Positions 35,493-46,218 of a stretch of DNA of 64,000 bases are shown piece after piece. The stretch is from Candidatus Hermodarchaeota archaeon (GTDB lineage Archaea > Asgardarchaeota > Hermodarchaeia > Hermodarchaeales > Hermodarchaeaceae). The translations under genes were made by a program, and so were the position numbers. Every line of letters begins with the position of its first letter. Position 1 is the stretch's first letter. A model generated the notes under the pieces. The model was not told the DNA's origin. It did not search any database and saw only the letters and a program-made list of their open reading frames with translations. The DNA is taken from positions 33,698-97,697 of the forward strand of contig JAEOUH010000069.1 in the NCBI GenBank assembly GCA_016839365.1, in the 5' to 3' direction.

Positions 35493-35585
35493 TCCCTTTG
35501 GCAGGTATTTTCTCTGAAAAACGATTAACTATAAGTATCTGGACCATAAAGCCCCTCATACAAAAATTCACAGGAGTTCGGACCA

Positions 35586-36152
35586 ATGGATACTACTGAA
35601 AAACAAGAAGCAGCAATGAGAAACTTTCTCCGAAGACATTGGAAAATGACGATATTGGCAGGCATAGGAATTGCCATCATGGTCATTGTATCAATTTATG
35701 TCCTTCTCTGGGTCGTGTCTAGTTCACTAGTCTTAGGAATCATACCAGATACGCTTGGAGCATGGAGTGTTGGACTTCTCTTTGGATTCTTTTTCATTCT
35801 GCTATTCTGGGAACTTGTCTTTGTAGCCAGTTGGGCGATTCCCATCGCTATAGTCTTCTGGGCTCTCTGGTACCGAAAATTACCAGAAGAAGAACGAAAG
35901 GAACTAGAATCACCCCGTAAACGCAGTAGAGATGCAGGTGGCGGTGGTGGAATCTCTGCCTTCGTTACACTAATCTGGATAGTTCTTGTCTGGTTCACTG
36001 GACGATGGAGCATTACCTTCAACACCTGGCTTGTCGCTGATTTCGTATATACCTGGCTAGTGGCATTTCTGATTGCATTAGTGCCTTTAATTATTGGTGG
36101 AGTAATTTTCCTTGCTTGGTGGATGACGAAAGGTTCCAAAACCGAATCCTAA
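35586..36152 (+). CDS. Hypothetical membrane protein
   Basis: Four hydrophobic segments; SD AGGAG. Confidence 0.7.
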   Translation: MDTTEKQEAAMRNFLRRHWKMTILAGIGIAIMVIVSIYVLLWVVSSSLVLGIIPDTLGAWSVGLLFGFFFILLFWELVFVASWAIPIAIVFWALWYRKLPEEERKELESPRKRSRDAGGGGGISAFVTLIWIVLVWFTGRWSITFNTWLVADFVYTWLVAFLIALVPLIIGGVIFLAWWMTKGSKTES

Positions 36153-36189
36153 AAACTTGCATTTTAGGATTCCTTCTTCCTTTTTTAAT

Positions 36190-36909
36190 TTAGAAGACAT
36201 ACACGACCATATTGAGTGAGAGCAAGAAGATGGCAAGGTAATAGGTTGTGAAGATGAACACTTCTGCTTTATTGAAGTGATGGCGAAACTGCTTGATTCC
36301 TATGGTGAAGTCTGAGATGACAAAGAAGAAGGCACCTAGCACAGAAACGAATCCAAGCAATATACCACTCGTCAACCACAACATCATTGCAGTACAAAAG
36401 GTCAGGGATACTGTGAGTGCATAAATGATGAGGGGGATTTTCATTTGGCCTAACCCAGCTTCTCCGGCTTCAATGTAAAGGGTTAAGAAGACTATGACCA
36501 AAATCCAGGCAATGAACGCCGTAATGAATGCGGCTAGTGGAAGAAAAGACACGCCGAGAAGTAGGCTCTGCCAGACAAAATTACTGATGAAGAAGATTTG
36601 AGCAATCAGGAAGAGTCCAACTCCTAACAGAAACTTCGTTTCCATACCAATATCTCCTAGCATACAAAAGATCAGGGCCACAGCTAAAAGGACATAAAAT
36701 AGACTCGCAGTGGACCGGAAAAGCAGGACGATAACTGCGGCGGAGAGTGAGGGAAGAAACTTGATGACGATGAAGAGGGCTTTTGGAAGTTCTGTGAGTC
36801 TTTCCTTCTGAAAGTTGATTTCGTCTTCGCGGGCTGCTTTGATTAGGGTCGAAATAAATGCAAAAACCCAGAAGAACAAAGCATAAGGAATCAAGAACAA
36901 CATGCCCAC
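36190..36909 (-). CDS. YhhN/lysoplasmalogenase-family membrane protein
   Basis: KFLP, ALIFCMLGDI, LGVGLFLIAQ, GAFFFVISD, TYYLA. Confidence 0.8.
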   Translation of the reverse strand: MGMLFLIPYALFFWVFAFISTLIKAAREDEINFQKERLTELPKALFIVIKFLPSLSAAVIVLLFRSTASLFYVLLAVALIFCMLGDIGMETKFLLGVGLFLIAQIFFISNFVWQSLLLGVSFLPLAAFITAFIAWILVIVFLTLYIEAGEAGLGQMKIPLIIYALTVSLTFCTAMMLWLTSGILLGFVSVLGAFFFVISDFTIGIKQFRHHFNKAEVFIFTTYYLAIFLLSLNMVVYVF

Positions 36910-36952
36910 AAGTTAGGGGCTAAGAAGCTTAAGAGTGTTTGATTTCAGGGGT

Positions 36953-37474
36953 TTATCGAGCCTTTAACCGTTTTTTGAGCAACGGAATCGCTCCCCCAGC
37001 CTCCAAGTATGCAAGGAGGAAAGGAGGAATCTTTGCAATCTTATAGCTCCTCTTAGTGCCTTGATTGATCAGGATTGATTCTTGTAAATCGATTTCTATT
37101 AGATCGCCATCACGGATAATTTCTGGATCTTTTTTGAGTTCAGAACATTCGATGGCAGGAAGACCAATATTGAATGAATTCCGGAAGAAAATTCGTGCGA
37201 ATGAAGCTGCAACAACTGCTCCGATACCCAATTGCTTCAAGATGGCAGGAGCTTCCTCACGGCTAGAACCAATGCCAAAGTGTTCACCGCTAACAATAAT
37301 GTCACCTACTTGAACCTTTTCAGCAAACTCAGGCCGAAGATGCTGAAAGGCATAGGTGGTGAGTTTCGTTATTTCAATAGTGGAGAGATGTACACCTGAG
37401 ATGATGTCGTCTGTGCTAATATCACTGCCAAACCGCCAGACCTTCCCAGTGATAAACGATATCTGCTTTGGCAT
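36953..37474 (-). CDS. leuD: 3-isopropylmalate dehydratase/homoaconitase small subunit
   Basis: FGSDISTDDII, FGIGSSREEA, SFARIFFRNSFNIGLP; substrate (leuD vs hacB) unresolved. Confidence 0.85.
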   Translation of the reverse strand: MPKQISFITGKVWRFGSDISTDDIISGVHLSTIEITKLTTYAFQHLRPEFAEKVQVGDIIVSGEHFGIGSSREEAPAILKQLGIGAVVAASFARIFFRNSFNIGLPAIECSELKKDPEIIRDGDLIEIDLQESILINQGTKRSYKIAKIPPFLLAYLEAGGAIPLLKKRLKAR

Positions 37475-37479
37475 TGGAT

Positions 37480-38742
37480 CTATTTACCTCCGCGGGGATC
37501 CGTGATTTTTCCTGTAATCGCACTCGCTGCAACTGTGACGGGTGAGGCTAGATAGATTTGGGCCTCAGCACTTCCCATCCGACCAGGGAAATTGCGGTTC
37601 GTGGAGCTAATACAAACCTCACCTGGCGCCAACAGACCACAATGCCCCCCAAAACAGGCACCACATGTTGCTGGTCCAATCGTGGCACCAGCTTTTACAA
37701 GGGTGCCAATCGTCCCATCGTGGAGAGCGGCATGATAGACTTGGCGACTAGCTGGGTTCACAATAAACCGAACCCCCTCGGCGATTTGGTTACCGTTTAT
37801 TACCTTAGCAGCCATTTGGAGATCTTCAAGTCGACCATTCGTGCACGATCCCAAATAGGCCTGATCGATGGGTGTTCCAGCTACCTCTGCTACAGGAACC
37901 GCTTGCGTGGGAAGCGATGGGGTTGCGACTTGGGGTGTGAGTGTTGACACATCAAAATCCATGCTTTGATCGTATTCTGCATTATCATCTGGTCTTATGG
38001 GTTTAAACTTGCGATCCGTGCGGGTCTTAACATATTCAGTGACGCGTTCATCGGGTGAGATAAGCGCAGCCATTGCTCCGATTTCAACTGCCATGTTGGT
38101 GAGGGTCATCCACGCATCGAGACTCAACTTGGCGAGCGTATCTCCCTGGTATTCGAGGGCTTGAAAGGTGGCTCCTTCCACGCCGAGCTCTCCAAGGGTG
38201 TGCAGAATGATATCTTTTCCCATCACCATTGAGGGCAGGTTGCCCGAATAGGTGATTTTAGTGGTTTCGGGCACTCGGAACCATAATCGTCCAGTTGCTA
38301 ATACAAATGCCATATCAGTGGCACCAATACCTGTTGCTAGGGCTCCGAATGCACCTGCGGTGGTTGTATGTGAATCAGTACCCACCACCAACTCACCAGG
38401 TCGGATATGCCCTTCTTCGACGAGAACCTGGTGACAGATGCCTCGTCCCACATCGTAAAAGTACTTAACGCCAAAATCTGAAACAAATTCTCGAACTTGT
38501 TGGTGAATGGTTGCAGCTTGAATCGTGGGGGCGGGAGCCCAGTGATCCAAGATCACTACCACTCGGCTAGGATCCCAGATTTTCTTAACTCCTGCTTCTG
38601 CAAGCTGGGGAAGCACGCGGGTTCCCAGCATTTCATGGGACATGGCTATGTCAATGGTTGCTTCGATGATTTCTCCAGGTTCTATCCTCTTTTCATCACT
38701 GTGGCTGAGGAGGATCTTCTCTGCTATCGTAAGACCGCTCAT
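37480..38742 (-). CDS. leuC: 3-isopropylmalate dehydratase/homoaconitase large subunit
   Basis: GICHQV, DSHTTT, GSCTNGR, CGACFG, NRNFPGRMG; leuC vs hacA unresolved. Confidence 0.85.
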   Translation of the reverse strand: MSGLTIAEKILLSHSDEKRIEPGEIIEATIDIAMSHEMLGTRVLPQLAEAGVKKIWDPSRVVVILDHWAPAPTIQAATIHQQVREFVSDFGVKYFYDVGRGICHQVLVEEGHIRPGELVVGTDSHTTTAGAFGALATGIGATDMAFVLATGRLWFRVPETTKITYSGNLPSMVMGKDIILHTLGELGVEGATFQALEYQGDTLAKLSLDAWMTLTNMAVEIGAMAALISPDERVTEYVKTRTDRKFKPIRPDDNAEYDQSMDFDVSTLTPQVATPSLPTQAVPVAEVAGTPIDQAYLGSCTNGRLEDLQMAAKVINGNQIAEGVRFIVNPASRQVYHAALHDGTIGTLVKAGATIGPATCGACFGGHCGLLAPGEVCISSTNRNFPGRMGSAEAQIYLASPVTVAASAITGKITDPRGGK

Positions 38743-38747
38743 CTAGT

Positions 38748-39938
38748 TTACAGCTCCTCTAATTGTTGTTGAATTCTTTGGCGAATAGCTTTGCCTACTT
38801 GTTTTGTGGTTGACGGTTTTATATGAGCATACTTACCGACGCAAAGATCGTAGGTACGTATCTGTTCCTCTCCTAGCAGTTCCATTACTGCTGCTTCAAT
38901 TACTGAAGCTGCTATCATTGCTTTTTGATCTTGGTGGCGTTCTCCGAGCCATTCGAGCATCATCTTCCCTGCTAAAATCGCTGCAATCGGATTAGCCCTG
39001 CGCTTGCCAGCATGCTTTGGTGCGGATCCATGTATAGGTTCAAACATCGCATGCAAGTCTCCAATATTACCTCCTGCAGCGACCCCCATACCCCCTTGAA
39101 TCCCAGCCCCCAAATCCGAAATGATGTCCCCATACATATTGGGGGCTACAACCACATTATAGTATTCGGGCCGCCGCACACACCACATCGTCCACGCATC
39201 AATATATGCATAATCGGGAATAATTTTCGGGAATTGCTGTGCCAGTTCTACAAAGACGCGGCGGAAGAGTTGATCACCAATCAACACATTGCTTTTATCC
39301 ACACAGGTGACCCGTTTTTTCTGATCACTTGGTGCTCCATACCCACGTTTTAAAGCTAGTTTCATGGCATAACGAATGACCCTTTCAGATCCCAGCCTGG
39401 AGATTGGGCGAACATCGATGGCAAGCTCTTCCCTTTCGCCTTCTCCATAATGTTTTCCAATACCCGCATAGAGTCCTTCAGTGTTTTCTCGGATGATGAC
39501 AAAGTCAATATCCTTTGGCTGTTTGTCAGCTAATGGTGTCGGAACGCCTGGATACAGCTTCACCGGTCGCACGTTTGCATATAACTCGAGTTCTCGTCGT
39601 TGACCCAACACGACTGCTGCACCTGCTAGTTGCCCATCGTCTCTGCGGACAGGTTCTCCGGGTGTCTTCTCCCATCCGACAGCGCCAAGGAGAATAGCAT
39701 CGGCTTCTTGCTTTGAGAATACTTCGGCTTCTCCTGGCCATTCACAACCTGTCTCCAAATAGTATTTGCCACCACACGGAAACTCATGAAAGGAGAGAGA
39801 TAGTCCAGGAATTCCATTAGACACTATTTCAAGAATTCCTACCGATTCCTGTATAACCTCAGGGCCAATCCCGTCTCCGGGTAACACTTGAATCTTATAG
39901 GTTCGTGGCACAGGAATCCGTTCCGCAATCCTCTTCAC
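38748..39938 (-). CDS. leuB: Isopropylmalate/isocitrate-family beta-decarboxylating dehydrogenase
   Basis: PGDGIGPEV, LYANVRP, RENTEGLY, DKSNV, NMYGDIISD, FEPIHGSAP. Confidence 0.8.
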   Translation of the reverse strand: MKRIAERIPVPRTYKIQVLPGDGIGPEVIQESVGILEIVSNGIPGLSLSFHEFPCGGKYYLETGCEWPGEAEVFSKQEADAILLGAVGWEKTPGEPVRRDDGQLAGAAVVLGQRRELELYANVRPVKLYPGVPTPLADKQPKDIDFVIIRENTEGLYAGIGKHYGEGEREELAIDVRPISRLGSERVIRYAMKLALKRGYGAPSDQKKRVTCVDKSNVLIGDQLFRRVFVELAQQFPKIIPDYAYIDAWTMWCVRRPEYYNVVVAPNMYGDIISDLGAGIQGGMGVAAGGNIGDLHAMFEPIHGSAPKHAGKRRANPIAAILAGKMMLEWLGERHQDQKAMIAASVIEAAVMELLGEEQIRTYDLCVGKYAHIKPSTTKQVGKAIRQRIQQQLEEL

Positions 39939-40023
39939 ACACGGCTATACAAAGTTTCCGACTTTAGAGGGTAAACGTACATGTCGGGCTGTTCGGGATT
40001 ATTCTAAAGCGAATTTAATGCAC

Positions 40024-41241
40024 TTATTCCAAGGACTCTTCTACAAACTCGATCAAGTCCACCATCTCCAGCTTCGATCCACTCTTTTCAATCGCTAGCT
40101 GAAGGCTCGTTTCGCAAAATGGGCAAGCACTTACAAGGTGGGTTGCACCGGTGGCTTCGGCTTCTTTGATACGTTCGATGGAGGTTTCGAGGGTCCAATC
40201 GGGAAATTGGGCACGGGCTCCTCCTCCAGCGCCGCAGCACCAGCTGTTTTCGCGATTACGGGGCATTTCGACGAAGTTGTCTCCAAGGAGAGTACGCAGG
40301 ATTTTTCGTGGGACTTCGAACCATTCGGCTTTTTCTTTGTGGTTCTTGATGAGTTCTCCGACATGTCGACCGTAGTGGCAGGGATCATGATAGGTGGCTT
40401 TGATACCTTTCATGGGTTTGAGTTTCCCTTTACCCGCTTCGAGGGCTTCAGCGATGAAGTTAACGCTGTGCTTCACTTCAAAAGGAAGGGGACCGTAATA
40501 TTTGGGCCAATCGCGTTTCATGGTACGGAAGCAGCCAGCACAGGAGGAGACGACAGTCTTAGCCTTAGAGTTCTTGAAAAGTTCAACATTGTGCTTGACA
40601 TAATCGTTTACTAAATCCAGTTTTCCAACTCGCATCAGTGGTGAACAGCAACAGTATTCGTCTTCTTTAACAGTAAAATCAATTTCTAATTTCTGCATTA
40701 CCCGAAGGGTTGAGACCGCTAGCTTCTGTAAGCGATATGATGCAGTACAGCCCACAAAATAGATTACATCAGCTGTGTCTTTCATCTTGAATTCCTTGGG
40801 AACCCAATCGGTGCGGCAAGCGTGATCTTCGTTGTAGGGATTGCGTTTGATCTCAGTAGCTTTGGCATACCCCTGTTGTTTGTCGAGGGGACCTACACCT
40901 GCCTTGACTGCTTCGGCTCGCATGGCTTCAATGATATCGACTGTGGGGAGCTCGTTTTCACATTGGGTTTCACAATTACCGCAGGTAGAGCAGCGGAATA
41001 GGAGGTCGCCAATGTCTTTGTCGATTTTGTAGTTTCCGTTTAGGATGGCTCGAGCCAGCCACATTTTCGCACCACCGCTATAGGCTTCCCATTCCATGGC
41101 GTTCCAAGCAGGGCAGCCGGTTTCGAAGCCCCCCTTGGGGTTGGCGGCATCAGCGATGGTGCAGGCTTTACAGTGAATGCATCGAGCGATTTCAAGCTCG
41201 AAGTCTTTGAGTTCGGTTTTAGGTTTTTCGGATTCAGTCAA
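40024..41241 (-). CDS. Fe-S oxidoreductase with CCG domains (GlpC/GlcF/HdrD-like)
   Basis: CIHCKAC...CP, CSTCGNCETQC, FVGC, CCCSP, HDPCHYGR, CCGAGGG, ACPFC; SD GGAGG before TTG 41241. Confidence 0.9.
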   Translation of the reverse strand: MTESEKPKTELKDFELEIARCIHCKACTIADAANPKGGFETGCPAWNAMEWEAYSGGAKMWLARAILNGNYKIDKDIGDLLFRCSTCGNCETQCENELPTVDIIEAMRAEAVKAGVGPLDKQQGYAKATEIKRNPYNEDHACRTDWVPKEFKMKDTADVIYFVGCTASYRLQKLAVSTLRVMQKLEIDFTVKEDEYCCCSPLMRVGKLDLVNDYVKHNVELFKNSKAKTVVSSCAGCFRTMKRDWPKYYGPLPFEVKHSVNFIAEALEAGKGKLKPMKGIKATYHDPCHYGRHVGELIKNHKEKAEWFEVPRKILRTLLGDNFVEMPRNRENSWCCGAGGGARAQFPDWTLETSIERIKEAEATGATHLVSACPFCETSLQLAIEKSGSKLEMVDLIEFVEESLE

Positions 41242-41324
41242 TTCAATGGTCCTCCGGATGGTAAGGCGAATGTTGTGTTTCACATACGTTAGACCCTTTT
41301 ACAGTTTGCCTTTTTTCGAAAAAT

Positions 41325-42050
41325 TCACGGTGTTAGATGCGAATCAACTGGGATACCAAGAGGTCTCTCTTGTTTTCCATAGTGTCGGTCTAAAACAATC
41401 ACTATGAATACCAGTACAAAGAAGATCCCCACAAAAGCAATTGCAATAACGTTCAAAATGAAATTCACCGGATAACTGGCATAATTTGCTAACGCGAACA
41501 GAAAAACCGAGCTCCCAATACATGGCATGCCCATGGTAAGAAGATGCTGAGTGATAACTGAAGTCTTAGCATCATCAGGAGCCGTAAGATAAGCATAGCT
41601 AAAGAATCGATAGGCAATGGACCAACTCAGAGCTGCGTTCACGAAAGTTAGGAGCACATAAACAACCAAAAGTAATGCCTCCAAGCGAAACAACGTGAGA
41701 AACAAAATTAGGTCAAAGATACTCATCCAAAGCAGAGCCCTCACTCCAAAGAGGAATCCGATGGAGAGTCCCATGGCACTTGCCATGAAGTATCGACCAA
41801 GACCAATATCGCGATCAACATCTCTTTCAATTAGTGGAGGAACACCCAGAGCAAAAGCGAAGTTAAAACCAAGAGAAATCACAAAGAATACGATTGGCTC
41901 ATATGGGTAAACCACGAAAAAGCTAGCAAGGCAAAAGTAGCCAATAAAAGCGTAAATAGAAGAGATTCCCAAACCCACAACATATACAATTAAGCGCTTA
42001 GTTGTTTCCTTAAGGTGCGTTAGCATTTTCGGCGTCCCCTCAAACTGCAA
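41325..42050 (-). CDS. Hypothetical multi-pass membrane protein
   Basis: About six hydrophobic segments; start uncertain. Confidence 0.6.
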   Translation of the reverse strand: MQFEGTPKMLTHLKETTKRLIVYVVGLGISSIYAFIGYFCLASFFVVYPYEPIVFFVISLGFNFAFALGVPPLIERDVDRDIGLGRYFMASAMGLSIGFLFGVRALLWMSIFDLILFLTLFRLEALLLVVYVLLTFVNAALSWSIAYRFFSYAYLTAPDDAKTSVITQHLLTMGMPCIGSSVFLFALANYASYPVNFILNVIAIAFVGIFFVLVFIVIVLDRHYGKQERPLGIPVDSHLTP

Positions 42051-42280
42051 TTGATTGAAAATGTCCTATGATAGTTCTCTTACTGTTGAACAGCATTCAC
42101 CTTCTAGGATTCAGTAAAGAGTCTAGAAAATCCTGGGTACGGTCTGAGCGGAGTGAGTTCAAAGGATAACACTGCAACTCCCTCCATCTCGTGTTCGATC
42201 GCGAGGATTTTCATATCCTACCCTCACTTGATTCTCAGGTTTAATTGTTACGTGGAAGAAAAATTAGTAAAAGGGCTAGA

Positions 42281-42802
42281 TCAGTACCATCCAACCTCGG
42301 AACCACATTCATGGCAGAACTGGTCGATGCGATTCAGTTCCGTGCCACAATTGACGCATTTCTTTGTCTGCGTTGTGGCTGAGCCCTCTATGTGGTGCTG
42401 GCGAACCCAGATGGAACTACCATCGTAATCATGGTATGGTCCCAGAGGATGGAATTGGGTTCGCGTAGACCGTGAAGCTGGAACCTGATAAGGATTCCAA
42501 CTAGCCACTAAGGCACCTGCAACAATAAGGAGTACTCCACCAATGAAGAAGATGAAAAGCAGACTGACAATACCGGAGACGATGAGAATCCCACCAGCCG
42601 CACCTCGGTTCCCCTTAGGGATCTCGATCCAAGCAGTTATCGGAAAAATGAATCCCAGGAAGAACCACAGGAGTGTAATAAATATCAAAGGAAAATAGAT
42701 GATGGCCATCAATAATTGGAAGATGAGAATGAAGCCATTGGCTAAAAGTCCAAGAATTGTCAATACCTGTACAGTATCTTTAGTTCCCATTATCTCAACC
42801 AA
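42281..42802 (-). CDS. Membrane protein with C-terminal zinc ribbon
   Basis: Four TM segments, then CVNCG-x8-FCHECG. Confidence 0.7.
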   Translation of the reverse strand: MVEIMGTKDTVQVLTILGLLANGFILIFQLLMAIIYFPLIFITLLWFFLGFIFPITAWIEIPKGNRGAAGGILIVSGIVSLLFIFFIGGVLLIVAGALVASWNPYQVPASRSTRTQFHPLGPYHDYDGSSIWVRQHHIEGSATTQTKKCVNCGTELNRIDQFCHECGSEVGWY

Positions 42803-42920
42803 ACTTCAACGTAAATACCAGTTCAAGTATTCCCACTAAAAACGGGCAGAAAAACCTTTGTCACCTTGCCTAATCTGAACTCCAATACTGGTAAAATATT
42901 TGGAGCCTGAATAATTTTGA

Positions 42921-44375
42921 TTAGACTGCCAACCGACCGGGGTGCATGATGCCATTGGGATCCCAAAGCTCTTTGAGCTCCTTCAACAAGTTCACATACT
43001 CAGGCATCAACGGCCGCATCGCCGGCCAATGGATGAAAGCATTCGGTCGGTAGTTTAACCAGCCTTTCTTATGCGCAATTTCCGTAAAGTGCTTATCCCA
43101 AGCTTCTGCTTGTTCATAGCCCTTCTCGGTACGGCTATCAAAGGTGACAATTGGCATCGAAATACACTGCCGACCTTGCTCAATACTAGCCACCCATTGC
43201 ACTGGAGGTATGTCAAACTTTTCCATGGTTTCGACGGAGATACGGGAAATTTCAGCGCAGTCCTTCCAAGGGCAATACCAGGTAATGAAAACGAAGCCAG
43301 CGCGGTGCATGGCATATGGAACTGCAATAAGGTTGGGTTTGGTGAGACGCACTTCTTTGGCTCGGGGATGGAGTTCCATGGCATCGACCTTTTCACCAGT
43401 TTCCCGAATCTTCTTGGCTTCCTCTTCGATGATGTCCATTTGGCTTTGCATTTCTTTCTCAGTATGAGCCCAGAGCTCGTAGTTCATGAGCCATTCGGGG
43501 ATGTAGTACTTCTTCTCTCGCCACTCCTCGATAGTGGTGGGAACTTCGCGTTCATCTTTCCTGCTTGGGACCAGCCACCAATTACCGCCTTGGACCATGA
43601 CGCCAACTTCTTTCTTCAGGACAGCCATGGAGTGATTCTGCATGGCTTCAGGAGTGTCGTAATCATAGGCTACAAGGTCAATGTAAGGGGGATGGGGGAT
43701 GATACGGATAGCAGCCTTGGTGATGATGCCCATGGTGCCTTGTGCCCCGAGGAAGAGGCCCGTGAAATCCGGACCCGGTCCCCATGGATAGAAGGGTTTG
43801 AAGCCCTTCAGGGCCCAGCTGCCTGTATAAATGAGTTCACCACGGGGCAGGATGACTTCGAGCCCGTTGATCATACGACCTTGAGGACCGTATTTACTGG
43901 TGACCAGACTAAAACCGCGTTCTAGGGCATCTCCAATGAGAGTTGCCCGCGGTGGGGCTCCGTCAGGAACGGGTGGTGCCCATTCGGGATGGTGTTTTCG
44001 GAAGTAAGCCCAGACTTGGCCAGCGGTGACGCCTGCTTCCACAATGACATATCGCGCATCTTCGTCCACTTCGATGATGTTGTTCAGACGCACCAAATCC
44101 AAAATGATTCCTTCTGGCTTCAAAGGTTGAGCATATCCGCCACTTAGCCCGCCGGAATAGGGACTGATGGGGATCTTGTATTTGTTGCAAAGTCTGACGA
44201 TTTCTAAGATCTCGTCACGTGTTCCGGGTTTCACAATGGCTTCTGCAACGGCAGCGCGGATGCCCATGACAGATCGGGCCATGTAGCTGTGGCGCATCGC
44301 CAGGTTCGTTGTAATGTGTTCAGAACCGATAATTTTGGTGGCTTCATCAACGAATTTGTCAATCTTTCCAGGCAT
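42921..44375 (-). CDS. FAD-binding oxidoreductase (GlcD/D-lactate dehydrogenase-like)
   Basis: IVKP...GG.SGG, VEAGVT, GLEVILP.GE, GAQGTMGIITK, WDPNGIMHPG; SD GGAGG before ATG 44375. Confidence 0.9.
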   Translation of the reverse strand: MPGKIDKFVDEATKIIGSEHITTNLAMRHSYMARSVMGIRAAVAEAIVKPGTRDEILEIVRLCNKYKIPISPYSGGLSGGYAQPLKPEGIILDLVRLNNIIEVDEDARYVIVEAGVTAGQVWAYFRKHHPEWAPPVPDGAPPRATLIGDALERGFSLVTSKYGPQGRMINGLEVILPRGELIYTGSWALKGFKPFYPWGPGPDFTGLFLGAQGTMGIITKAAIRIIPHPPYIDLVAYDYDTPEAMQNHSMAVLKKEVGVMVQGGNWWLVPSRKDEREVPTTIEEWREKKYYIPEWLMNYELWAHTEKEMQSQMDIIEEEAKKIRETGEKVDAMELHPRAKEVRLTKPNLIAVPYAMHRAGFVFITWYCPWKDCAEISRISVETMEKFDIPPVQWVASIEQGRQCISMPIVTFDSRTEKGYEQAEAWDKHFTEIAHKKGWLNYRPNAFIHWPAMRPLMPEYVNLLKELKELWDPNGIMHPGRLAV

Positions 44376-44547
44376 GCAGGACGCCTCCGATAAATACACC
44401 AGAGATTAATGCCGACACGGTATGACAGCCTGTACATAAGCCTTACTTAAGTTAGAAATGCTATAGAAAGTAGTTTGGGGGTTAGGATTGGCGAATTCTA
44501 TGCAAGGATGGAAGCACTTGCTCGTATCTACTTCTTTAACGGATTCA

Positions 44548-45861
44548 CTACGGAAGTGGTAATAGAAACAAACGGAATAACACATAGGCTGTCGATAAAC
44601 CCAGAAAGATGAACGTCATTAAAACGCCAATCGTTAAGAATGTAATATAGGGAATTGGGCGGTTATGTTTCGCTGCCGTGCGATATGCAAGGAGATTTGC
44701 TGTACTTGAGATTGGAGTGAGACATCCTCCTAATTCAGCGCCAAGGGTTAGAGCAATCCAGAGGGTTCCCGCGGGAATGCCAATTACTATTAATCCTTCG
44801 ACAACGGGAATGAGTGTCATTGTAATAGGAATATTATCAACTATGCCGCTGGCTAGTCCAGTAATCCATAAAATCACAACATGAGCTGTGACGGTATTTC
44901 CACCAGTTAATAAGATGATTTGAATAGCCAGCACATCGATTACTCCAAATTCCTCCATGGCTCCTACAATTATGAACAATCCGATAAAAAAGAAGATAGA
45001 TGACCATTCCACTTCTCTCAATATCTCCTCCGTATCACCACCAAAAAGCAAAAAGGCGACTGCTCCAATGATTGCGACAATATAGGCATATTGACTAAAC
45101 AAGATGAATCCCGCAATAATTGCAACTAATAAAAGCGCTGTGCGGTAGAAAATTGAGCGGTTTGGAATCATTGTAGCTTCATCAATTTCAAGTAGATGTT
45201 CAAGTTGGGTTGGATGCAGGGCTTTGAGGGTTTTCCTAAAGAAAATGAAGCAAATTACAATTGCTACCCCAGCTAATATCACTGCGAAGGGTAAGAGATT
45301 AATTAAGAACCAATTGAAATCATATCCAGTCGCTCCAGCAATCAAAATATTTGGTATCCCAGAAATCTGAGTGCTCACCGCTCCGACATTGGAGACTATA
45401 GCCTCTGACACAAGATAGGGCACTGGATTAAAATCAAGTGCTTCACAAACAATCATCGTCAAGGACCCAATCAACACGATTGTCGCAATTTGGGTTAACA
45501 CTGCGGACAGCATAAATGCTAGTAGACAAAAAATCGCAAGTAATATTGCAGGACCTCCCCGCGACCATTTCACAGCCTTGATCGAAATATATTGAAACAA
45601 CCCTGAATCCTTGATCGGTTCGGTAATCACCATCACTGCTAGAATAATAATAATGGTGCGAAAATCAACCCATCTGACTAACAGCTCTACAAACACTGGG
45701 TATGTCAAAAATTCTCCAGCCCAAAATGGCCAAATCTGAACCATAAAGACCAAAACAGCTACCGCACCTAACAGTGTCGCAATCACCTCCTTGACCATGT
45801 TAGTCGTAATCAACAAGACTACAACAATGAAGATGATGAATACGAAGGTTCCAGGAAACAC
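44548..45861 (-). CDS. ArsB/NhaD/SLC13-family permease
   Basis: DFRTI, SNVGAVSTQISGIPNILI, VEWSSIFFFIGLF, SGIVDNIP, GGCLTPISSTAN. Confidence 0.88.
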   Translation of the reverse strand: MFPGTFVFIIFIVVVLLITTNMVKEVIATLLGAVAVLVFMVQIWPFWAGEFLTYPVFVELLVRWVDFRTIIIILAVMVITEPIKDSGLFQYISIKAVKWSRGGPAILLAIFCLLAFMLSAVLTQIATIVLIGSLTMIVCEALDFNPVPYLVSEAIVSNVGAVSTQISGIPNILIAGATGYDFNWFLINLLPFAVILAGVAIVICFIFFRKTLKALHPTQLEHLLEIDEATMIPNRSIFYRTALLLVAIIAGFILFSQYAYIVAIIGAVAFLLFGGDTEEILREVEWSSIFFFIGLFIIVGAMEEFGVIDVLAIQIILLTGGNTVTAHVVILWITGLASGIVDNIPITMTLIPVVEGLIVIGIPAGTLWIALTLGAELGGCLTPISSTANLLAYRTAAKHNRPIPYITFLTIGVLMTFIFLGLSTAYVLFRLFLLPLP

Positions 45862-46218
45862 ATTGCATCCCGCCGGAAGCTTCCAAAAAATTCTTGAATA
45901 GATGCAAAAGACACTTCATGCTTATCAACTTTGTTGGTTGAGGAAAAGTAATTTTCTAAGTTCTTTTTGTAACTTCCAGGCATCATCATCGTAGTAATCG
46001 TGTGATTTAATCTTTGTTCATCGTATTAGGAGAAAATATACTAGTAATTAACAGGCATGAAGCTGCTTTGTTATCCTTTTCTTTAATGACTAGTGACAAT
46101 TGTCTAAAGCATCATGCACTTTTGTCAACCTTTTACTTCCATTCTTTTTCGAAACAACACAAACAGTATAAAAGGAACATTACTGCGTTAAGACGAGTTC
46201 CTGTAGCTTCATAACTTG

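Noticed and set aside
43071-43925. 284-aa plus-strand ORF, and similar long antisense ORFs at 51173-51850 and 56723-57340
   Set aside because: They lie opposite well-supported genes and have no motifs; typical antisense shadows
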